Origin: an uncultured Muribaculaceae bacterium | GTDB taxonomy: Bacteria > Pseudomonadota > Alphaproteobacteria > Rs-D84 | Direction of reading: 5' to 3' | Length of the DNA stretch: 32,000 nucleotides | Assembly (NCBI GenBank): GCA_965231035.1 | Contig: OZ246409.1 | Span: forward strand, 684,532 to 716,531 | Part shown: positions 1 to 7,282 of the stretch, piece by piece | Position numbering within the stretch: the first letter of the stretch is position 1 | Layout of the letters: the number at the start of each line of letters is the position of its first letter | Translations under genes and position numbers: made by a program | The notes under the pieces: model-generated | What the model was told of the DNA's origin: nothing | The model's database searches: none | Seen by the model: only the letters and a program-made list of their open reading frames with translations

Positions 1-35
1 TCAAAATAAAAACACCGGTAATAAATCACCGGTGT
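1..35 (-). terminator. Rho-independent terminator downstream of the 78..413 ORF
   Basis: Perfect 8-bp stem ACACCGGT (12-19) / ACCGGTGT (28-35). On the minus strand it is followed by TTTTATTTT (complement of 1-11). Confidence 0.7.
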
Positions 36-77
36 TTCTCCCTTCCTTCCGGACAACCGGAAACTTGGTATGCTTAT

Positions 78-413
78 TTAAGCAGCCATGGCAACTTTTT
101 CTGATACTTTGACTTCTGAAGATTCCATAATTTTCTTTGCTTCGGAAAAAACCATTTCCTTTACACGCAATGCCAAAGCTTTTGTTTCCAAGCTTTCAGC
201 AGCAACTTCAAAGCTGTCTGTGCGAATTTGTAATGATACATAGGCGCCAACCAAGGATGCACGTGGCAAATCTTCTATGGATCTTGGAGAATTGTTTTGT
301 CCGATATGTAATTCATCGCTGAGTGATATAATTTGACGATCTTCATTTACCCAAACAGTAGTAGTCAGAACTTTATTAAGTGCGACCATTATTTCTTTTA
401 TGTTTTTTTGCAT
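78..413 (-). CDS. Hypothetical protein (111 aa), no family recognised
   Basis: Uninterrupted ORF with ATG at 413. A GGGAGA Shine-Dalgarno lies a few nt upstream (complement of 414-425) and a terminator follows. The composition looks like a real protein. Confidence 0.6.
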   Translation of the reverse strand: MQKNIKEIMVALNKVLTTTVWVNEDRQIISLSDELHIGQNNSPRSIEDLPRASLVGAYVSLQIRTDSFEVAAESLETKALALRVKEMVFSEAKKIMESSEVKVSEKVAMAA

Positions 414-697
414 CCTTTTCTCCCATTGGTTTTAAGGTTTTTTGAAAATTTGAATCAGATTTTGTATTTACAAAATTTAAAATCAAATTTTATTTTTGTT
501 TTTTATTTTCCCCAGAATTCTGCTTTTTGTGCGGTTTTCTGCGGTTTTTTGAATTACCTTCCTTGTCTATACACGAATCATAGAACAAAAACGAATCGGT
601 CGTCAAGTAAAAATTTATTTTATTTGAATTTTATTATAATTTATTTATAAAAACAGCTTTAAACCATAAAATACCATAAAATAATTATATGTTGTCA

Positions 698-726
698 TTG
701 ACAATAATAAAAACACGTGCTAAATT
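698..726 (+). promoter_or_regulatory. Putative sigma70-type promoter of mraZ (extended -10)
   Basis: TTGACA (698-703), 17-nt spacer, TAAATT (721-726), preceded by TGc (718-720). The -35 lies inside a perfect palindrome TTGTCA-T-TGACAA (692-704). Confidence 0.45.
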
Positions 727-779
727 TGCACCTGAACGAGGGGATTCTGGGAAATCTCGGTAGAATAAGGAAAAAATAA

Positions 780-1235
780 ATGTCTTTATTTCTTTCATCT
801 TATGAAAATCGCTTGGATACAAAGGGGCGTATTTCTGTCCCAGCATCCTTTCGTTTCACAGTTGTATCAGAATCATTTCCAGGTGTAGTTCTTTTCAGGT
901 CTTTTACAAATAAATGCATCGAAGGGCTTTCTATGTCCCGTATGGAAAAGCTGGCGTCGGCTACGGATCAAATGGGTGTTTTTGACAGTGAATTGGACGA
1001 TTTGTCGGCTTTGTTATTTGCTGATGCGCGTCCTTTGCAGTTTGATGTTACTGGCAGAATTGTTATCCCAGAAGATTTATTAAAACACGCTGGTATAAAA
1101 GATTCTGCGGTTTTTGTTGGTCGTGGTAACAGTTTTCAAATTTGGAATCCATCATCATTCAAAGAAACCCAAAATAAATCTATGGACAATTTACATAAAC
1201 TGCGTCCCAGTTTGAAAATACCTTCGGTAAATTAA
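780..1235 (+). CDS. mraZ: Transcriptional regulator MraZ
   Basis: 151 aa. The N-terminus FLSSYENRLDTKGRISVPASFR and the second half-repeat DVTGRIVIPEDLLKHAGI match the duplicated SpoVT/AbrB-like MraZ repeats. AAGGA RBS at 767-771. Confidence 0.9.
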   Translation: MSLFLSSYENRLDTKGRISVPASFRFTVVSESFPGVVLFRSFTNKCIEGLSMSRMEKLASATDQMGVFDSELDDLSALLFADARPLQFDVTGRIVIPEDLLKHAGIKDSAVFVGRGNSFQIWNPSSFKETQNKSMDNLHKLRPSLKIPSVN

Positions 1236-1252
1236 TTGATTTTTATATAATT

Positions 1253-1280
1253 AAAAACCGTGCAATTTGCACGGTTTTTT
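1253..1280. terminator. Bidirectional rho-independent terminator between convergent mraZ and the 1304..3289 gene
   Basis: AAAAA-CCGTGCAA / TTGCACGG-TTTTTT hairpin (1258-1274) flanked by A-run and T-run. Confidence 0.8.
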
Positions 1281-1303
1281 AGTTAATATTTTAAATGTTC
1301 AAA

Positions 1304-3289
1304 TTAATCTGTATCGGTTGCAGCAGTGACAACATCGTCTTCTGAAGCGGCACCTGTAATACTTGTACATGTTCTTATGTAAGAACTGCAAGCGTTTCTG
1401 GCAGAAGCCTTGGTAACGGTTGATGTGCTTGAATATCCGTTTGTAGACAAGCATGATGCAACATCGCTTAAGCAACTTTCTGCATATTTAGACAGAATTT
1501 CGTCTTGTGAATTCTTAATCACAGCCAAAGTATTCTGCAAGTAACCCTTAATAACATCATTGCTCTTGTTAAATGTTTTGTTTGTACCTGTGTATGTAAA
1601 ATCCTGACACTGGTTTAAAACAGATATGCACATACCATAATTCTTACTGTCACTGCTGTCATTATAGCCAATTTTATTTTGTAGATACACAATCATGTTT
1701 GTTACAGGTGTTACAGCAGTAATAGAATTTGTTACATATTCTCCAATATTTCCAGTACCCCAAGCATTATTGGTACCAGTTGCATAATTCCATGTAGCAT
1801 AAATATTGCTTCCGGATGTTGATGTAGAAGTAATATTTCCACCTGAAACACCAGGCTGACTGCCAACAACAACTTTGCCATTTACAATGTACTTACCAGT
1901 TGGATCCAAGCAGTTTTCATAATCACTGCCGCAAACGAAATCGTCTTGCATACAAGAATCCAAAGCGCTGATGCAAGAACGCATATCTGTGTAGGTATTC
2001 TTTTTCTGAACAACCAACAATCTGGCTTTTTGCAAGAAGCTTTGAGCATTTGTTAAAGTTGTTGTCATCTGAGAATTTGCATCAGTCAAGCTGCGTTCAT
2101 AAGCTATACACTGTTTGTCGATTTCCAAATCATAGCTGTTGGTGATAATTGTTGTATCAACACCTTGTGATTTGCAAGAATCCAAAACGGCTGCTTTGCA
2201 ACGTGCAGTTGCTGTCTTGTAAAGTTCAGCACCACGTTGATTGCTGATGCTGTTCGCATTATCGCCACCCAAAAATTCTGATAAATCAAATCCTGAGTTA
2301 TCAAAACTCATACTGGAAAGACTGGATAATAAATCTGTGGATGAACTTGTGCTGCTGGTAGCATTTGCACTTTTTACATCCAATATCAGACTTTTGATTT
2401 TATCCAAATCTGTTTTTAACTGAGTTGTATCTGACTTACCTTGCATTGCAGCTTCGGCCTCAGTCTGAGTGAACAATGAAGAAACTTCGTCTTTACTTAA
2501 ACCTATGTACTGAATCTTCTGAGCAACGTCTTGTAAATTCTGAGTTGCTTCTTTCAATGCAGCTTCGGTCTTGGCGTAATTTTTAATATTTGCAGAACAG
2601 CTGCAACGTCCTTGATTGTCATCCAAAACATTACAGAAGTTATCCATACATTGTGTAAACTGAGCCTTGCAATAATCGGATGTTTGGGCAATTTCGTCCA
2701 TCGAAGATACCGAAGTAGTGTTGGCACTTGAAGAGCTGGTTGTAGTTGCAGCACGAACGGTTGTGGTTGGTGCACGTGAAACAACGCTGGAAGTCGAAGT
2801 AGGTCTGACACTGACACGACCAATGTAAAGAGGTGTATTAACAGTATCTGTTTGAGTCAGGCTGGCAGCACGAGAAGAATTAGCAGAAGATGTAGTGTTC
2901 CTACGTGATACAACATTTTGATTTGTTTGTCCGGCTGTGCTGCGAGAAGCAGTTGTTGTGGAATAATCGCGTGCACGAACTGTATCTGCAGTTCTGTTTG
3001 AAACAACGCGTTGAGTAGTATTTCTTTCGGTTGCAGAATACGAGGTTGAAGGTACAGCACGGCTGGCAGCACGTGCGGTTATTGTGTGCTGAATAGATTT
3101 TTCAGGAATAACTGGATTTACAGGTTGCGCCTCTTGCACATCTTGTACATTTTGATCTTCAACTGGTGCAGTGTAATCAGCTGTACTATCGTCAGTATAT
3201 TCAACCGAGTCATCGTAATAAATCGGTGCAACTTCTGCAAAAGCGGGCATAACTAGTAAACCACTAAGTACTGCAATAAATCTTTTCAT
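1304..3289 (-). CDS. Secreted S/T-rich, cysteine-motif protein (hypothetical)
   Basis: Signal peptide MKRFIAVLSGLLVMPAFA-EV. About 180 aa of S/T/R/N-rich low-complexity sequence follow, then a coiled-coil-like domain with six C-x6/7-C motifs. I prefer ATG at 3289 (GAAGGGA RBS upstream) over the TTG at 3292 in the ORF track. Confidence 0.75.
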   Translation of the reverse strand: MKRFIAVLSGLLVMPAFAEVAPIYYDDSVEYTDDSTADYTAPVEDQNVQDVQEAQPVNPVIPEKSIQHTITARAASRAVPSTSYSATERNTTQRVVSNRTADTVRARDYSTTTASRSTAGQTNQNVVSRRNTTSSANSSRAASLTQTDTVNTPLYIGRVSVRPTSTSSVVSRAPTTTVRAATTTSSSSANTTSVSSMDEIAQTSDYCKAQFTQCMDNFCNVLDDNQGRCSCSANIKNYAKTEAALKEATQNLQDVAQKIQYIGLSKDEVSSLFTQTEAEAAMQGKSDTTQLKTDLDKIKSLILDVKSANATSSTSSSTDLLSSLSSMSFDNSGFDLSEFLGGDNANSISNQRGAELYKTATARCKAAVLDSCKSQGVDTTIITNSYDLEIDKQCIAYERSLTDANSQMTTTLTNAQSFLQKARLLVVQKKNTYTDMRSCISALDSCMQDDFVCGSDYENCLDPTGKYIVNGKVVVGSQPGVSGGNITSTSTSGSNIYATWNYATGTNNAWGTGNIGEYVTNSITAVTPVTNMIVYLQNKIGYNDSSDSKNYGMCISVLNQCQDFTYTGTNKTFNKSNDVIKGYLQNTLAVIKNSQDEILSKYAESCLSDVASCLSTNGYSSTSTVTKASARNACSSYIRTCTSITGAASEDDVVTAATDTD

Positions 3290-3474
3290 CAAGAAATCCC
3301 TTCTTCATTATCAGTTATTATATCATACACACCAAATCTGGGCAATCGAAAAATTGGGCAAAAAATAAAGAGTTTTTTAGAAAAAATTATAAAAATATTG
3401 CAGCTTGCTATATTGAAAATAAGCGATAGAATAGACAAACACGTAAATCGCGTGACCACGCCAGGGAGGCATAT

Positions 3475-3933
3475 ATGAAAAAAACAGAAGAAATCAAAGA
3501 TACTGCGAACGACGCGACAGTGGATACAGCAGAAAAATCAGAAAAAAAATTAACTGGAAAAACAGTATCAGTAGAATTAACAGAAGAGCAATATGCTTTC
3601 TTAACAAACTGGCAAAAAACACATGAAAAAGAACTGGGAATTGAAGTTCCAATTGGTTCAATGGTTCGCAAAGCAGTTGAAAGTGCTATGAAAGCACAAA
3701 ACAAACCTGAACGATCAGAACGTCCAGAACGTCGTGATGGTGATCGTGGTGAAAGAAAAAGTTTTGGTGATCGTGCACCGCGCAGCAATGGTGGTGACAG
3801 ACCAAGTTTTGGCGGTCGTGATGGTGGTCGCCCATCATTTGGGGGTCGTCCAAGTTTTGGTGGATCATCTCGTGGTCCAAAGTTTGGCGGATTCAGTGAT
3901 AAAAGAAACACCGTACGAAAATTTGATAAATAA
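3475..3933 (+). CDS. Ribbon-helix-helix-like protein with C-terminal RGG / PSFGG repeat tail (hypothetical)
   Basis: Strong AGGGAGG RBS. Residues ~28-75 (KTVSVELTEEQYAFL...IGSMVRKAVESAM) look like a strand-helix-helix RHH unit. The C-terminal ~70 aa are R/G/D-rich with GGRPSFGG repeats. Confidence 0.8.
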   Translation: MKKTEEIKDTANDATVDTAEKSEKKLTGKTVSVELTEEQYAFLTNWQKTHEKELGIEVPIGSMVRKAVESAMKAQNKPERSERPERRDGDRGERKSFGDRAPRSNGGDRPSFGGRDGGRPSFGGRPSFGGSSRGPKFGGFSDKRNTVRKFDK

Positions 3934-3935
3934 AA

Positions 3936-3958
3936 TAAAGGGCTGAATAAGCCCTTTT
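3936..3958. terminator. Bidirectional terminator between the RHH-RGG gene and the EamA-like gene
   Basis: AAGGGC (3938-3943) / GCCCTT (3951-3956) hairpin with loop TGAATAA and U-tracts on both strands. Confidence 0.6.
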
Positions 3959-4853
3959 AATTTGCTTTTACAACCAACAATATTCCAAAAACTATTGCAC
4001 AAAAACATATAAGTTTTTTAATAATACTTTTCTTGTCATACTTTTCTTTAAGTTTGATATTAAATATGACGCTTAGCAAAAAACTGTAAAGTAAAACAAA
4101 AAACGGTTGTGATGAATTTATGGCTTTGATTTGTATAACAGCAAGGTGTGATAAGGCATAGGTTCCGGCAATATTACCAATAAATGTGAATAATTCATCG
4201 AAAAAGAAAAGATGAAAACTTTTTTTGAAATTCGGAAAATTTTCTATGATATCCATACGATTTTTCTTGAAAAGGAAAAAGCTTAAAGATATTAGAATGG
4301 ACATTACTGATGAATAAAAAGCAAAACCGACCCAATTAAAAGAATTAAGGGCTTGTTTTTCAACAACAGAGCTCATTGAAAGCATAGATACGGTTATAAG
4401 CATCAGGAAAAATGCTATGTTCAGTTTAAGTTTTGTCTTACCCTCTATGTTAAGTATAATATTAAAAAGCAAAATTATTGCACAGCCTGATATTTGACCA
4501 ATTGAAAGAGTATCTTTCAATAAAATATATGCAAATATGGGAGTAAAAATGTATCCCAGTGCAAACATAGAATTTATAATCGATGTATCAATTTTTTTCA
4601 TTGCGTTATAGTAGGGAAAAAGGTAAAAAATATTGATAAATCCGCATAGCAGAATATATGGCAACATATTCATATCAAAAGCTGGAATCTTCCCAAAAAA
4701 CAAATAAGTTGGTAAAAGTATAATACTTGTAAAAGAGAAGAAAAATACGATTGTAGATATTCTTTTAAATTCGTAATTTGATAAACGACTGTCAATAATT
4801 GTTGAAAAAGCATGAAGTGCCGGAGCCAGAAGAGCAATTAAAATAACAAACAT
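3957..4853 (-). CDS. EamA/DMT-superfamily-like integral membrane transporter
   Basis: 298 aa and about 10 hydrophobic segments in two similar halves. Size and topology fit drug/metabolite transporter (EamA) proteins. Very AT-rich codon usage. Confidence 0.6.
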   Translation of the reverse strand: MFVILIALLAPALHAFSTIIDSRLSNYEFKRISTIVFFFSFTSIILLPTYLFFGKIPAFDMNMLPYILLCGFINIFYLFPYYNAMKKIDTSIINSMFALGYIFTPIFAYILLKDTLSIGQISGCAIILLFNIILNIEGKTKLKLNIAFFLMLITVSMLSMSSVVEKQALNSFNWVGFAFYSSVMSILISLSFFLFKKNRMDIIENFPNFKKSFHLFFFDELFTFIGNIAGTYALSHLAVIQIKAINSSQPFFVLLYSFLLSVIFNIKLKEKYDKKSIIKKLICFCAIVFGILLVVKAN

Positions 4854-4883
4854 AATTTACCTTTTTATAACTCATACTTTATA

Positions 4884-5759
4884 TCATAAAAAATAATCTG
4901 CGAAAAACATTATTTTCTTGCAACGTTTTTCAACAACTTCATCCCTGATAGATTCTAATTCGGGGTCATACAATTCTGGCATTGAATTTATAATTGATCG
5001 TAACATATAATTCTGTACATCTTGCAATTTAATTTGGGTTCCCGATATTTTATTATAATAGATCAATAAATCATTCAAAAATTCTGGGTATTCTGGATTG
5101 TACAAAAATGCAAATTCCCGGGTTCTGTCACCAATATCAGAATTTCCAAAATCAAAAATACCAGTCAGTCTGTAATCTTCGTTAACAACAGAATTTTTGC
5201 CTTCGAAGTCCTTGTGCAAAAAAACCGGGTCTGGCACACATTTATCACAAGCAATCCGATACTTATCATAAATTATATTTAGTATTTCCAACGGAATATA
5301 TGTAAGTAGAAGTGGATAAATTTCATCTTTTTGGCGAAACTTCGGTGGAATTAGGCAGGGTTTTGAACGTATGTTTTTAAATTCAGACAATGGGATTGAA
5401 TGTAAATCAAAAAGGAAATTTGCACAATCTGTTACAAAGTTTCTTTTAAGATTGCTTTCCAAAGATGTGTATTCATCCAAAGACCAATGGTGCCCAAGAA
5501 TTGATTTATGAACAGAATAACAGTAATTTCCGTCAGTTATAATCTTGATATCAGGGATTTGAATTTTAATATATTTTTTTACAACTGATAAAATTTCAAC
5601 TTCGCGCAAATACCATTCAATACTGTATTTTGGAAATCTGAAAATATTATCATCAATTAAGAACGCCAATGAAGTCCAACCTTCACCAATAAACAACACA
5701 TTGGAATCAGTAAACTTTTCTGTTAAATAAGTTATAACATCTTCTTTGAGGGTTTTCAT
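4884..5759 (-). CDS. Phosphotransferase enzyme family protein (aminoglycoside phosphotransferase / APH-like kinase)
   Basis: Glycine-loop-like FIGEGWTSLAF, lysine in FRFPK, Brenner motif HKDFEGKN, and IFDFGNSDIGDRTREF resembling the APH(2'') DFG region. I prefer ATG at 5759; the track's TTG at 5786 abuts the tRNA 3' end. Confidence 0.7.
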   Translation of the reverse strand: MKTLKEDVITYLTEKFTDSNVLFIGEGWTSLAFLIDDNIFRFPKYSIEWYLREVEILSVVKKYIKIQIPDIKIITDGNYCYSVHKSILGHHWSLDEYTSLESNLKRNFVTDCANFLFDLHSIPLSEFKNIRSKPCLIPPKFRQKDEIYPLLLTYIPLEILNIIYDKYRIACDKCVPDPVFLHKDFEGKNSVVNEDYRLTGIFDFGNSDIGDRTREFAFLYNPEYPEFLNDLLIYYNKISGTQIKLQDVQNYMLRSIINSMPELYDPELESIRDEVVEKRCKKIMFFADYFL

Positions 5760-5787
5760 TTTAAATCTTTTTACAAAAACAAACAAC

Positions 5788-5863
5788 TGGTATCCCCAAC
5801 AGGAATCGAACCTGTATCAAAGGTTTAGGAAACCCTTATTCTATCCAGTTGAACTATGGGGAC
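5788..5863 (-). tRNA. tRNA-Arg (anticodon CCU)
   Basis: The reverse complement folds as a 76-nt cloverleaf. Acceptor GTCCCCA/TGGGGAT, D arm GTTC..GAAT, anticodon stem AGGGT/ACCTT with loop TTCCTAA, T arm ACAGG-TTCGATT-CCTGT, encoded CCA. Confidence 0.9.
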
Positions 5864-6010
5864 AATGCACTATATCTTACATATCAGATTTTAGTATTGC
5901 AAGTCATTATGTCAGTGTATATAATGAAATCTGTCCGGTATATAGTGGTATTTAGTGTATGTTAAATTTATTGGTTAATTAATTTATTATAGTAACAAAA
6001 AGGAAATATT

Positions 6011-6949
6011 ATGGGAAACAGAATGGTGGGCTATGGTTCGTATTTGCCCGAAAAAGTTATGACAAATAAAGACTTTGAAAAAATTATGGATACTTCAGAT
6101 GAATGGATAACAACCAGAACAGGTATGCAGAATAGGCATTTTTCAAAGGATGATGAAACAGTTGCTGATATGGCAACAATTGCAGCTGAACGTGCGCTGG
6201 TTAATGCAAAGCTGACAATTGATGATATAGATTTGATTATTGTTGCTACGACTACACCTGAATTGGATTTTCCTTCGGTTGCAGTTCAAGTTCAAGGCAG
6301 GTTAAATGCAAAAGTTAATATGCCTGCATTTGATGTTCGAGGGGCGTGCACAGGTTATATTTATGCTTTGCATTGTGCCCGTGGCTTTTTTACAGCCGGT
6401 ATGCATAAACGTATAATGATTATCGGTGCAGAAAAGATGACGCGTTTTATTGACTGGACTGATCGTAATACTGCGGTTTTATTTGGCGATGGTGCAGGTG
6501 CTTTGATTTTTGAGCATTCTACATCCAGTTATTCTGGTGTTATTGATACTGTTGTTATGTCAGATGGAACAGGCTTTGATATGCTGCATGGTACTTTGGA
6601 TCACAAGATAAGTATGAATGGTCCTGAAACTTATAAAAAGGCAGTGACACTTATGCCTGAAGCAGCAACTTATATAATGGAACATGCAGGTATAACAGCG
6701 GATAAGGTTGATTGGATTATACCACATCAGGCGAATTTGCGTATTATTCAAAGTGGTGCTGAAAGACTTGGATTCCCATTAGAAAAGATTATAGTCACTG
6801 TTGATAAACACGCTAATACCAGTTCTGCATCCGGAGTTTTGGCTTTGGCACACGCTTTTGATAACGGTGTTATAAAAAAGGGTCAATTGGTATTATATCC
6901 TGCATTCGGAAGTGGTTTGACTTGGGGTGCGGCACTAATCAGGGTTTAA
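6011..6949 (+). CDS. fabH: 3-oxoacyl-ACP synthase III (FabH)
   Basis: 312 aa. Motifs: TSDEWITTRTGMQNRH, active-site region ACTGYIYAL, HQANLRI, and the C-terminal GSGLTWGAALIR typical of KAS III. AAGGA RBS present. Confidence 0.9.
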   Translation: MGNRMVGYGSYLPEKVMTNKDFEKIMDTSDEWITTRTGMQNRHFSKDDETVADMATIAAERALVNAKLTIDDIDLIIVATTTPELDFPSVAVQVQGRLNAKVNMPAFDVRGACTGYIYALHCARGFFTAGMHKRIMIIGAEKMTRFIDWTDRNTAVLFGDGAGALIFEHSTSSYSGVIDTVVMSDGTGFDMLHGTLDHKISMNGPETYKKAVTLMPEAATYIMEHAGITADKVDWIIPHQANLRIIQSGAERLGFPLEKIIVTVDKHANTSSASGVLALAHAFDNGVIKKGQLVLYPAFGSGLTWGAALIRV

Positions 6950-6971
6950 CTTAACACAAAGGAGCTTGAAA

Positions 6972-7253
6972 ATGGCGACAATAACAAGAATAGATTTCGC
7001 AAATAAATTGCGAGAAAAGTTTGGTTTAACCACAACTGATTCTTATAAATTGGTTGACTTGATTTTCAACGAAATAGAAGAATCACTGGTTCGTGGCGAA
7101 GAAGTTAAAATCACAGGACTGGGCAGTTTTAAGATTCTGAACAAACCTGAACGTATGGGTCGAAATCCAAAAACGGGTGCACCGGCTGTAATATCTGCAC
7201 GCCGCGTTGTAACATTCAGACCAAGTACCGAATTCAGAAAGAAAGTTGCTTAA
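6972..7253 (+). CDS. ihfA: Integration host factor alpha subunit / HU-family DNA-bending protein
   Basis: GLGSFKILNKPERMGRNPKTGAPAVISARRVVTFRPS is the IHF/HU beta-arm signature. Its position directly after fabH is the arrangement common in Alphaproteobacteria. ATG at 6972 with AAAGGAG RBS is preferred over TTG at 6966. Confidence 0.85.
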   Translation: MATITRIDFANKLREKFGLTTTDSYKLVDLIFNEIEESLVRGEEVKITGLGSFKILNKPERMGRNPKTGAPAVISARRVVTFRPSTEFRKKVA

Positions 7254-7255
7254 TT

Positions 7256-7282
7256 AAAAAAACCGCCAAACGGCGGTTTTTT
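7256..7282. terminator. Bidirectional terminator (ihfA / M3 peptidase)
   Basis: A7-CCGCC-AAAC-GGCGG-T6 (stem 7263-7267 / 7272-7276). Confidence 0.85.

Noticed and set aside
333-650. 105-aa plus-strand ORF across the mraZ upstream region, and the 5746..5955 ORF overlapping tRNA-Arg.
   Set aside because: These are F/L/N/Y-rich translations of AT-rich intergenic DNA with no RBS. They overlap a better-supported gene or a tRNA.
3408-3911. 167-aa P/R/S-rich ORF antisense to the RHH-RGG gene, plus the H/V-rich ORFs at 3686..3880 and 3734..3946.
   Set aside because: These are mirror or alternative-frame translations of the GGN/CGN-rich repeat region. They have no RBS. The sense-strand gene has a strong AGGGAGG RBS and a terminator.
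3957-5759. Kinase + DMT transporter read as a licA-licB (choline kinase / choline permease) phosphocholine-decoration module.
   Set aside because: The gene order matches lic1, but no licC/licD-like genes are present. The kinase DFG-region (IFDFGNSDIGDRTREF) looks closer to APH(2'')-type kinases than to the choline-kinase motif. I kept it only as an alternative hypothesis.
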